Assembly (NCBI GenBank): GCA_964499275.1
Contig: CAZCKO010000002.1
Coordinates: 27,543 to 91,542, forward strand
From: an uncultured Rhodospirillaceae bacterium
Lineage (GTDB): Bacteria > Pseudomonadota > Alphaproteobacteria > MPNO01 > UBA2964
DNA length: 64,000 nt
Direction of reading: 5' to 3'
Under the pieces are notes generated by a model. It made no database searches. It saw only the letters and a list, made by a program, of their open reading frames with translations, and was not told the origin of the DNA. This document shows, piece by piece, positions 34,756-43,609 of this stretch. The translations under genes were made by a program, and so were the position numbers. The stretch's first letter is position 1. Every line of letters starts with the position of its first letter.

Positions 34756-36386
34756 GCGACGTCCATAGCAGGCAAAGGGTCGACGCCCTTAATCATATCA
34801 GAGGCTTTTTCCGCAATCATTAAAACGGCTGCGTTAATGTTACCGGATACCAGGTCTGGCATCGATGCAGCATCCACAACACGAAGACTTTCAACCCCAC
34901 GCACCTTTAGTTCTGGATCAAGTACCGCATCTTCGTTGGTGCCCATCTGACATGTGCAAGATGGATGATGGGCAGTGACTGTCGTCTCACGGATCCAGCT
35001 ATCGATCTCCTCATCAGTCTGAACATCCTGGCCCGGGGCAACTTCGACACCACGCCACTGATCCAGTGCGGGCTGATTTATGATATCGCGAATCCGTTTG
35101 ACACCTTCACGGAGGACAGAAATATCATTGGGACTGGAGAAAAAGTTTTGTATTATACGAGGCTTGTCTTTCGGGTTTGCTGATCGCAGCAGGACTTCAC
35201 CGCGGCTTTCGGGGTGTAATAATACTGGTCGCATACCAAAACCGTCGGTGTAGGATTTCTTGATGCCGGGGAACCACAAATGGGCTCCGGGTGCCGCACC
35301 ACGGAACATTAATTGCATGTCTGGGACAGCCAGCTCCGGGCGAGTTTTTATAAAGCCATGCAAGCCACCCGGAAGGACAGTTGCGGGACCATTTTTAAAG
35401 AAATAAGCCTGCAACATAGCCAAAGCCATTCGATCAAATCTCATTAGATCTCGAAACTTGCCAGCGTTTGGCCGCGTATAATGTACAAGGCACGCCATAT
35501 GATCCTGCAGATTTTTGCCGACACCTTTGAGGTCGATAATTGGCTCTATACCGACATCTTTGAGGTGGTCAGCGGGCCCGATACCTGACAGCATCAAGAG
35601 TTGTGGAGAACCAAAAACCCCTCCAGATAGTAACACCTCACGCTCCGCAGTTGCCCGTACGATGTTTCCTTTTTGGGAATACTCCACACCTGCCGCCTTG
35701 TTGCCCTCCATTAATATTTTTGTAGCGTAGGCATTTTTTTCGATTGTTAGGTTATGTCGAGATTTGGCGGGGTGAAGATAGGCGACTGCAGCGGAGCAGC
35801 GTTCCCCGCCCCGCTGCGTTGATTGTGAAGTTCCTATACCTTCGCCGTTGCCGCCATTGTAATCATCGGTGAGTTTATACCCAGCATCTATGCAAGCTTT
35901 TTTCCAGTCTTCGAGCAGGGGGTCGCTATTTTTTGCCCACTGAGTACGTATCGGACCGCCCTTGCCGCGATATGAATTCTCCTCTCCCTCCCAATCCTCA
36001 CATCTTCGCATATAGGGCAAGATTTCAACATAGGACCAACCCTTGGCACCTTTTTGTGCCCAGCGGTCGTAGTCGCCGCGATGACCGCGGACATAAGCCA
36101 TGACGTTAATTGAACTGGAGCCGCCGATGACCTTGCCCCGCATGGCTTCTATCTCTCGCCCGTGGACGCTGTCTTCCGCTTCCGCGTCAAAACCCCAATC
36201 GTGCATACGATATTCATGCATTTTGCCCATGCCTAGTGGAATTTGGATAAGGGGATCCTTATCGCTACCACCGGCCTCGAGTATCAGGACATTAACCGAT
36301 GGGTCTTCGCTTAGCCGGCCCGCCAAAACGCACCCTGCAGAACCCGCTCCTACAATTATGTAGTCATAACTTTTACCGTTACTCAT
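34752..36386 (-). CDS. GMC-family FAD oxidoreductase (choline/alcohol dehydrogenase-like), copy 2
   Basis: 544 aa. YDYIIVGAGSAGCVLAGRLSEDPSVNVLILEAGG and HPSCTCQMG. The stop codon overlaps the gnd stop codon. Confidence 0.9.
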   Translation of the reverse strand: MSNGKSYDYIIVGAGSAGCVLAGRLSEDPSVNVLILEAGGSDKDPLIQIPLGMGKMHEYRMHDWGFDAEAEDSVHGREIEAMRGKVIGGSSSINVMAYVRGHRGDYDRWAQKGAKGWSYVEILPYMRRCEDWEGEENSYRGKGGPIRTQWAKNSDPLLEDWKKACIDAGYKLTDDYNGGNGEGIGTSQSTQRGGERCSAAVAYLHPAKSRHNLTIEKNAYATKILMEGNKAAGVEYSQKGNIVRATAEREVLLSGGVFGSPQLLMLSGIGPADHLKDVGIEPIIDLKGVGKNLQDHMACLVHYTRPNAGKFRDLMRFDRMALAMLQAYFFKNGPATVLPGGLHGFIKTRPELAVPDMQLMFRGAAPGAHLWFPGIKKSYTDGFGMRPVLLHPESRGEVLLRSANPKDKPRIIQNFFSSPNDISVLREGVKRIRDIINQPALDQWRGVEVAPGQDVQTDEEIDSWIRETTVTAHHPSCTCQMGTNEDAVLDPELKVRGVESLRVVDAASMPDLVSGNINAAVLMIAEKASDMIKGVDPLPAMDVA

Positions 36387-36491
36387 CCTTTTACCCTTTA
36401 TATTCAGTTCGGCTAGAACTCATATTTTCATAGGTTCTGTGTACACTGAAGTCTCGACGCCGAAAACCCCTACCCCTTCAAGAACCCAACG

Positions 36492-36520
36492 TTGACAGGA
36501 AGGCTTTGGTTGCTCAATCT
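36492..36520 (+). promoter_or_regulatory. Possible sigma70-type promoter of the UbiD-like/TauD operon
   Basis: Perfect -35 TTGACA (36492..36497), 17-nt spacer, weak -10 CAATCT (36515..36520), 27 nt before the ATG. Confidence 0.25.
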
Positions 36521-36547
36521 GATATCTATTAGAGGGAGAGTAACTAA

Positions 36548-37954
36548 ATGCCGCATACACTTAGATCATTTTTGGAAAATATTGATAATCGCATTCTTAA
36601 TATTCACGATCCAGTCGACCCTATCAATCAGGTGGGTTACTTGTGTTCTGAGAGCCGGCATCCACTGATGTTTCATAATTTGGAGGGTTTTGAGGGGTGG
36701 CGCTTAACGGATATCCTGATTAAGGACCGAAAGGGGCAGGCTACAGCACTGGGCTTAGAAAATGATGATGAGGTTTGCCCACATCTTGCTAAGCAGATGG
36801 CGGCTGGCAGTGGCAATTCCGTAATGGTTGAAGACGGGCCGGTCAAAGAGGTCAAGCTTCTTGGTAAAGATGCGGATCTTCGAGATTTACCGATCCCAAT
36901 CCATAGTCACGGCGATGCGGGGCGTTATTTAGGTTCAGGTGTTACCATTACCCGTGATCCAGAAACAGGCATCCGCAACGAGTCGATACTGCGTGTGCAG
37001 CTTACAGATGATCCTCATAAGGCACCCTTTTGGATGGCTGCGCGGCACAATTACCAGCATTATCTTAAATATGTGGAACGGGATGAGCCAATGCCAATGG
37101 CGTTCGCGATAGGACTACACCCAGTTTACGAAATTATGTCCAACTGGTCAGGTATCCATAAAGATTTTGACGAACTGGAATATGCGGCGGGTGTGCTCGG
37201 CGAAGATATCGAGATGATTAAATGTGAGACGATAGATCTCGAGGTGCCAGCTCATGCGGAGGTGGTAATTGAGGGTACAGTCCATCCGACAGAGCGTATG
37301 ATGGAAGGACCGTTTGGGGAATTTACAAATTTTGGCTTCGGTGCAGAAGGACCAGCCCCTGTTTTTACATGCTCAGCTATTACGCATCGGAAGGATCCTA
37401 TTTTCCGACACATGCAGGCGACTTGGTTTACCGATCATCAACCACTAATAACCTTGCCGATGGAGGCAACATATTACAATCGACTACGGGACACCCAGGG
37501 GAATACAAACGTTATTGATGTGTTCGTGCCACCCTGGGCCTCACAGTTCTTGATGATCGTTCAAGTGGAAGCGAAATGGGACGGGCAGGTTAACGATATG
37601 TTGATGGCTGCACTTTCAGGTCCTAACCTTCACGTTAAGACAGTGATAGCGGTAGATGAGGATGTTGATATCTATAATGCTGAAGACGTACTTTGGGCAA
37701 TGACGACGCGCGTTGACCCGGCACAACATGTTAAAATTGCGAAAAATTCCCGGTTACATCCTCTAGACGCCGTGATCCCGGAGGTAGGGGACGAATACAC
37801 GGTAATGCGGATCGGCGGTAAAATGGGAATAGATGCAACCAAACCACCCACCTGGCGCGCGGAGGCACGAAAGAAATTCCAAAGGGTTGATCCGATGGGT
37901 AAAGGTGATGACGCTATCGCCAAGATACTTGAAATGGTTCGTCAACCGAACTAG
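36548..37954 (+). CDS. UbiD-family (prFMN-dependent) decarboxylase
   Basis: 468 aa. N-terminus LRSFLENIDNRILNIHDPVDPINQVGYL and overall layout typical of the UbiD family. No ubiX-like gene in the window. Confidence 0.8.
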   Translation: MPHTLRSFLENIDNRILNIHDPVDPINQVGYLCSESRHPLMFHNLEGFEGWRLTDILIKDRKGQATALGLENDDEVCPHLAKQMAAGSGNSVMVEDGPVKEVKLLGKDADLRDLPIPIHSHGDAGRYLGSGVTITRDPETGIRNESILRVQLTDDPHKAPFWMAARHNYQHYLKYVERDEPMPMAFAIGLHPVYEIMSNWSGIHKDFDELEYAAGVLGEDIEMIKCETIDLEVPAHAEVVIEGTVHPTERMMEGPFGEFTNFGFGAEGPAPVFTCSAITHRKDPIFRHMQATWFTDHQPLITLPMEATYYNRLRDTQGNTNVIDVFVPPWASQFLMIVQVEAKWDGQVNDMLMAALSGPNLHVKTVIAVDEDVDIYNAEDVLWAMTTRVDPAQHVKIAKNSRLHPLDAVIPEVGDEYTVMRIGGKMGIDATKPPTWRAEARKKFQRVDPMGKGDDAIAKILEMVRQPN

Positions 37955-37962
37955 CAGGCTCA

Positions 37963-38826
37963 ATGATGTCAAAAAAACATCTTCCATTCAAAGTCACCAA
38001 GTTAACACCCCATATTGGGGCGGAGGTGAAGGGTATTGATCTAAATGAGGAACAAAGTACCGAAACTATGGCTGCTCTCAAGGAAGCCTGGTTGGAACAT
38101 ATTGTATTATTGTTTCGAGGTCAGGAGTTAACACAAGAAGCACAGCTGGGAGCGACCGAGTTCTTTGGGGAAGTAGGTTATCTTGCGAGACCGGCTAATG
38201 AATATCCGATTGGATATGATAAGTTACTCCCCAATGTCATGTTAATTTCAAATATAAGAGAAAACGGTGAACCAATCGGCGCGCTGCCAGACGGTGAAAT
38301 GATGTTTCACCATGATATGTTGCATGCCGAGGTGCCTCATAAGGGTACGATGCTTTACTCTGTCGAAATACCTAGCCATGGCGGCCACACACTTTTCGCA
38401 AGCGGTTATGCTGCTTATGAGACCTTACCGGACAATATACGACTACCACTCGAAGGCCGAACCGCTAAACATCATTATAATTACGGTTCTACTCAAAAGG
38501 GTGACGATAAGGGTACCGTTGCTTTTTCAAAGTCTGAACATCCCGTTTTCCGGACCCATGAAGAAACGGGAAAGAAAGCGATTTATGTAAATCGGCTTAT
38601 GACGGAGGAGGTTGTAGGTATAAATGTTGAGGATAGTGATCGACTGTTAGCAGAATTATTTGATCATTCCGAGAAGCCGGAGTTTGTTTACGAACACAAG
38701 TGGAAGGTTGGTGACGTGCTACTGTGGGATAACCGTTGTTCTTCTCATGCTCGCACAGATTTTCCGGATGGTGAAAGGCGCCTAATGCTTCGCACGACAA
38801 TTGAAGGTGACACTAGGCCTTATTGA
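37963..38826 (+). CDS. TauD/TfdA-family Fe(II)/2-oxoglutarate dioxygenase (paralog 4 of 8)
   Basis: 287 aa, 8 nt downstream of the UbiD-like stop. ISNIRENGEPIGALPDGEMMFHHD, GGHTLF, WDNRCSSHARTDF, ERRLMLRTT. Confidence 0.85.
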   Translation: MMSKKHLPFKVTKLTPHIGAEVKGIDLNEEQSTETMAALKEAWLEHIVLLFRGQELTQEAQLGATEFFGEVGYLARPANEYPIGYDKLLPNVMLISNIRENGEPIGALPDGEMMFHHDMLHAEVPHKGTMLYSVEIPSHGGHTLFASGYAAYETLPDNIRLPLEGRTAKHHYNYGSTQKGDDKGTVAFSKSEHPVFRTHEETGKKAIYVNRLMTEEVVGINVEDSDRLLAELFDHSEKPEFVYEHKWKVGDVLLWDNRCSSHARTDFPDGERRLMLRTTIEGDTRPY

Positions 38827-38873
38827 CCCCATGTGGTTAATAAATAACCTTGTGAAGGTTGGTCAGGTGCTTC

Positions 38874-39680
38874 CTAAGTACCAATCACCTGGCGAATACC
38901 CTTAACAACTAGTACCGCAGCGCCTCCAAGAAGTAAGACCTGTAGGGTAAAGTAAAACCGTTGAGGACTTGAAACTTTAAAAGCATGTGCCCCCAGCCAT
39001 GTTGCTAACAAAACAACTGGAGAGAGCAATAAACCCTCGCAAATTAATTTTGGTGTGATAAGTCCTGCTGTAGTTAGGGCTAACACTCGCATAAACATTG
39101 TTATTGTGGCGAGCATAACGTTGGTCCCGCGTAAACCTTCGGGGGTCCGGCATGCGTGTTTGAGGTAAACAACCAAAAAATAAAAAGCACCCGCGCCACT
39201 TAAGCCCCCCATCGTGCCACTTATAAATGAGAAACTACCCGTTATCTTGAGCGAACGGATATCCAAATGTCTGGTTACTTTTTCAACAAATTTAAAGGTG
39301 TCTATTAATATGATGCCGACAATTAAAAATCCCAAGATTATCTGCAGGGTAGATCCGGGGAGGAAAGTAAAGACCCAGGTTCCGAACAATGTTCCTATAA
39401 TCATACCCACTATTAATGTTTTAGTGACTTGCCAGTCAGCTGTTTTGAAGCCAGCTGGCATAAGGTGTAGTTGTCCTATAATTGTTGTCATCAAGGCCAG
39501 TAAGATTGCGTGGTGGGGGCCAATAATAAATGTTGTCGCAACAACGATTGGCATATTTGAACCAAACCCATAGGCACCACGAATAAAACAACCACCGGCA
39601 TGAGCCAGCGCAACTAGCGTAATCATCCACCAAGTAAGATTTTCGAATGAACTGTAGAGGGTTGGAAGAAATTCAACCAT
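38874..39680 (-). CDS. TauE/SafE-family (DUF81) anion permease, copy 1
   Basis: 268 aa polytopic membrane protein. GAYGFGSNMP and GGLSGAGAFYF glycine-rich motifs typical of the family. Confidence 0.65.
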   Translation of the reverse strand: MVEFLPTLYSSFENLTWWMITLVALAHAGGCFIRGAYGFGSNMPIVVATTFIIGPHHAILLALMTTIIGQLHLMPAGFKTADWQVTKTLIVGMIIGTLFGTWVFTFLPGSTLQIILGFLIVGIILIDTFKFVEKVTRHLDIRSLKITGSFSFISGTMGGLSGAGAFYFLVVYLKHACRTPEGLRGTNVMLATITMFMRVLALTTAGLITPKLICEGLLLSPVVLLATWLGAHAFKVSSPQRFYFTLQVLLLGGAAVLVVKGIRQVIGT

Positions 39681-39743
39681 TTATGAATATTCTTGCAAAA
39701 AGAGGACGTGTTGATTTTATAACCCGTGATATCCGGCAGTATT

Positions 39744-40838
39744 TTACTGGGTACCAGGAATTGGAATATCCATCTCTGTGCCGCGGCCTTCTTCCTTGGC
39801 GCGGTCAAATACAATTTTTGCCAAAGCCATATCGGCGGCGGCCGTACCGTTGTTATTAAAGTGATATGTAATCTGGTCATCAGATGTTCGGCCCGGATTT
39901 CCGCCTGTGAGCACCGACCCTAAAGAATGCACCTCATCTTCGGTAATGATGCCCTGCTGGATTGGATCATAAAGCCCGGCTTGTTTTTCCATGGTAACTG
40001 ACTCGACGTGGTTTACGACGATTACGTCGGCTCGTTTCACTGTCTCATCATCATTTTCGCGTCTTCCGCTTTTAAGCCACCCACCTTCCACCAGAGCACT
40101 ATTAGACCCAACTACTGTTACCACATGCTGTCCTGGCTCTAATAGCGAGCCATCAAAGACCGGAACATTTGAATCGGTTGCGGAAATGACTACATCAGAG
40201 TTTTTAATTACCTCTTCCGGTGTTTCTACAGGTATGACTTCCTTTTCAATGAGTGGTGCCATCTTATCGCAGAAGGCAGCTCGGTTTTCAGCGTTTCGGC
40301 TATAAACCTTGACCTTTTCAATATCGCGTACTGCATCGATTGCTAAGATTTTATTAACTGCTTGACCACCAGAGCCAAAAAGGCCGAAAACCTTTGCGTC
40401 TTTCCTTGCCAAGGCATCTACGCCTACGCCCGTCGTCGCACCAGTTCGGAATGCCATGATGCTAGTAAAACCGGTACGATGATCGAAAATCTCTCCCATC
40501 ATCATACCGTCAAGCTTGGCGGTTTCTGAATTCCAAAGTAGATACACAGGGTGCTCGCGGTAAGGGTATGACTGGTTATTTCCTTTGTGGCTCACCATTT
40601 CGCCCCTAGTTAACGAGCCTATGACACCGAGACCAGGGATTCCGCCTGGAAAGTTAGACACTCTTACACCCTCAGGCGAATGGACGCGCCGTCTTGGTGC
40701 ATTACCAATCGGAAAGTCGTCTGCTTCTTTGTAACCTTGGGCGATAGCAGCGACAGCCTCTTCCATATTAATAAGACCCTTGATTTCGTCGGGCCCTAAA
40801 ATAAGGATTGAATTACGATTTGGTCGATCCACTGCCAT
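39744..40838 (-). CDS. Ornithine cyclodeaminase/mu-crystallin-family protein
   Basis: 364 aa. FRTGATTGVG and GLFGSGGQAVNKILA (Rossmann) blocks. Confidence 0.75.
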   Translation of the reverse strand: MAVDRPNRNSILILGPDEIKGLINMEEAVAAIAQGYKEADDFPIGNAPRRRVHSPEGVRVSNFPGGIPGLGVIGSLTRGEMVSHKGNNQSYPYREHPVYLLWNSETAKLDGMMMGEIFDHRTGFTSIMAFRTGATTGVGVDALARKDAKVFGLFGSGGQAVNKILAIDAVRDIEKVKVYSRNAENRAAFCDKMAPLIEKEVIPVETPEEVIKNSDVVISATDSNVPVFDGSLLEPGQHVVTVVGSNSALVEGGWLKSGRRENDDETVKRADVIVVNHVESVTMEKQAGLYDPIQQGIITEDEVHSLGSVLTGGNPGRTSDDQITYHFNNNGTAAADMALAKIVFDRAKEEGRGTEMDIPIPGTQ

Positions 40839-40958
40839 TGAATTATTACCCTGTTTTTATTTGTTTCTTCATGCTCGCATCCTATTTGTGCAGTTACTCA
40901 CATGCAAGGCGCCTCGGGAAACTTTGAAGAATAACCAATTTTGCTTATACTCCGATCT

Positions 40959-41843
40959 ATGAGTAATTCTGATTATATAAAAGTAGAACCGCTTGATGCC
41001 CCCACGGGCGCAAGAATTACTGGCGTAAATATTGATGCCGGACTTAATGCTGCTCAATACCATGCGATACACCAAGCGTGGCTGGAGCATCAGGTATTGA
41101 TTTTTCCTGATCAAAACATGGACGAAGCTGATCAAATAACTTTCACGAAATACTGGGGGGATATGCCACTCCGCAAGCGCTATGCCGGACGTCGAGAGGA
41201 AGGCCGGCGCGGACATGAATCAATTATGCTTATAAGTAATATTCGCGAAAACGGTGAACCAATCGGCTCTCTACCGGATGGCGACATGATGTTCCACTCT
41301 GATGGCCAGTACGACGAACACCCTTATCGATATACTATGCTTTACGCCTTAGAGGTTCCCCAATCTGGTGGTAACACTTTATTTGCCAATCTCTACAAAG
41401 CGTTTGAAACACTACCAAAAAATTTAAAAAAGAGATTATCCCGTATTAAAGCCCAGCACGGTTATTATGCTGGCCGCCATGTGACGCCAGAAATTCTCAA
41501 ATCTCTCGGAATTGGCCTTGTTTCAGACAAGTATGCTCACCCGGTCTTTACCGCACACGAAGAAACAGGGAAACCAGTACTTTATGTAAGTCGTTTGTTG
41601 ACTACCTCTCTACTCGGCTTGCCTGAAGTGGAGGGTAATGACATTCTCGATCAATTGTTAGATCATGCCGAACGCAAAGAATTTATTTATGAGCACAAAT
41701 GGACAAAGGGTGATTTTGTGATTTGGGATAATCGTTGCCTTAATCATGCAAGGACAGACTTTTCAGCTGGTGAACGACGCCTATTAAGGCGAACGACAGT
41801 GCAGGGTAGATGTCCAAAAGCGGCGAATATGAGAGGGATTTAA
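40959..41843 (+). CDS. TauD/TfdA-family dioxygenase (paralog 5 of 8; tandem copy 1)
   Basis: ORF 40941..41843. ATG at 40959 preferred. ISNIRENGEPIGSLPDGDMMFHSDG, GGNTLFANLY, WDNRCLNHARTDF, ERRLLRRTT. Confidence 0.85.
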   Translation: MSNSDYIKVEPLDAPTGARITGVNIDAGLNAAQYHAIHQAWLEHQVLIFPDQNMDEADQITFTKYWGDMPLRKRYAGRREEGRRGHESIMLISNIRENGEPIGSLPDGDMMFHSDGQYDEHPYRYTMLYALEVPQSGGNTLFANLYKAFETLPKNLKKRLSRIKAQHGYYAGRHVTPEILKSLGIGLVSDKYAHPVFTAHEETGKPVLYVSRLLTTSLLGLPEVEGNDILDQLLDHAERKEFIYEHKWTKGDFVIWDNRCLNHARTDFSAGERRLLRRTTVQGRCPKAANMRGI

Positions 41844-41865
41844 CAAAGCTAAGGAGGTGTTGAGC

Positions 41866-42717
41866 ATGAAAATTGAGAAGCTGACGGATAATTTAGGTGC
41901 GCGTGTAACCGGTCTCGATCTTTCTTGCCCTCTTGAATCGGATGTTCATGCCAAGCTTCATGAAGCTTGGCTAGATTATCAGGTGTTGGTCATCCCTAAT
42001 CAAAACTTAAAACAAGAAGAACAAGTTAATTTCGCACGAACCTGGGGCGAATTTCCCAAGAGAGAACGCTATGAGAGGCGTGCGGAAAAAGATACTGCTG
42101 ACAAATCTATAATGCTGGTGAGTAATATTCGGGAGAATGGAAAACCTATTGGTTCACTTCCGGATGGCGAAATGATGTTTCACACCGATGGCGCTTATGA
42201 TGAACACCCCTATAACTACACTATGTTGTTTGCACTTGAGCTTCCGAAGACTGGGGGTAATACACTCTTCGCAAATATGTATGCAGCATACGAGACCCTG
42301 TCAGATGACATGAAGCTTAAGCTTGCTGATTGTACAGCACATCATGGTTATTACTCCGGTACTGTGCAACGTGGTCAGCCAATTGGAGATTTAAATGGTG
42401 AGTTTTCCCACCCTGTTTTTATTGAACACAATGAAAGTGGCCGCACAGCGTTATTTATTAGTCGGTTATTGACGTTACGTATCAACGAATTGTCCCAAGA
42501 GGAAAGTGACGAAGTATTAAATTTTCTTTTTGATCATTCAGAAAAGCCAGAATTTGTTTATGAGCATGAATGGTCGTTAGGTGATTTAGTGATGTGGGAC
42601 AATCGCTGTTTAAACCATGCGCGAACAGACTTTCCAACCAGTGAACGGCGTTTGCTCAGGCGAAATGTTATTCAAGGCAGACGCCCAAGTCGCGGTCTCG
42701 TTGAAGTGGCAGCGTAA
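41866..42717 (+). CDS. TauD/TfdA-family dioxygenase (paralog 6 of 8; tandem copy 2)
   Basis: ORF 41857..42717. ATG at 41866 lies 8 nt after AGGAGG. GSLPDGEMMFHTDG, WDNRCLNHARTDF, ERRLLRRN. Confidence 0.85.
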   Translation: MKIEKLTDNLGARVTGLDLSCPLESDVHAKLHEAWLDYQVLVIPNQNLKQEEQVNFARTWGEFPKRERYERRAEKDTADKSIMLVSNIRENGKPIGSLPDGEMMFHTDGAYDEHPYNYTMLFALELPKTGGNTLFANMYAAYETLSDDMKLKLADCTAHHGYYSGTVQRGQPIGDLNGEFSHPVFIEHNESGRTALFISRLLTLRINELSQEESDEVLNFLFDHSEKPEFVYEHEWSLGDLVMWDNRCLNHARTDFPTSERRLLRRNVIQGRRPSRGLVEVAA

Positions 42718-42726
42718 GGGTTTGGG

Positions 42727-43593
42727 ATGAGTATCACTATCGATCCTGTCTCCGAAGCTGTTGGCGCAAAGATAACTAATATCGACCTTCGCGATGAGAT
42801 GTCGGATAATATTTTCAGGGCAGTTCATCAGGCATGGCTGGACTATCAAGTACTTATTTTTCCTGATCAGGAGCTTGAGGAAGAAGATCAAGTCCGTTTC
42901 ACTGCAAAATTCGGGGAGCTGGGAGGCCGCAATCGTAAGGTGCCAACAGCAGAAGGTGATCGTGTGTCGCACCCAGGGATTATGCTGATCAGCAATATTA
43001 GAAAAGATGGTCAACCCATTGGTTCACTTCCGGATGGCGAAATGATGTTTCACTCAGATGGTGCGTACGCCAAAAGACCCTTCCGGTATACGCTACTATA
43101 TGCCATTGAAGTGCCAACAGTTGGTGGCAATACCAAATTTGCCAATATGTATAAGGCATATGACGCCTTGCCGGAGGAATTTAAGTCACGATTTGCAACT
43201 TATCACGCGGAGCAAGTTTACTATGCGGGCAGTGTACAAAAGGATAAACCATCTGAATCCCTTACCGGTAGCAGGATCCACCCATTATATATAAAACATG
43301 AGGAGACAGGAAGGACGGCGCTGTATGCGAGCCGTTTGATTACCACTCGGATAGATGAGTTATCCATGGGCGAAAGTGATGAAGTGTTGCAGAAAATTTT
43401 TGAAATATCTGAACGAGAAGAGTTTGTTTATGAACACGTTTGGGAACCAGGCGACTTCGTAATCTGGGACAATCGTTGTTTAAACCACGCGCGAACTGAC
43501 TTTTCAAAAGGTGAACGACGCTTACTTCGTCGGACGACAGTAGTCGGTAAAGATCCTGAGGCCGCCACTTTTGATGTCGGGTCAAAGGGATAG
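42727..43593 (+). CDS. TauD/TfdA-family dioxygenase (paralog 7 of 8; tandem copy 3)
   Basis: 288 aa. GSLPDGEMMFHSDG, GGNTKFANMY, WDNRCLNHARTDF, ERRLLRRTT. Confidence 0.85.
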   Translation: MSITIDPVSEAVGAKITNIDLRDEMSDNIFRAVHQAWLDYQVLIFPDQELEEEDQVRFTAKFGELGGRNRKVPTAEGDRVSHPGIMLISNIRKDGQPIGSLPDGEMMFHSDGAYAKRPFRYTLLYAIEVPTVGGNTKFANMYKAYDALPEEFKSRFATYHAEQVYYAGSVQKDKPSESLTGSRIHPLYIKHEETGRTALYASRLITTRIDELSMGESDEVLQKIFEISEREEFVYEHVWEPGDFVIWDNRCLNHARTDFSKGERRLLRRTTVVGKDPEAATFDVGSKG

Positions 43594-43609
43594 GAATTAG
43601 GTTTAATAA

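Noticed and set aside
40869-41216. 115-aa antisense ORF overlapping the start of tandem TauD copy 1. A similar 134-aa antisense ORF lies at 42610..43014.
   Set aside because: Both lie opposite strongly supported dioxygenase genes. They have no recognisable motifs and low-complexity, odd composition. They are typical shadow ORFs.
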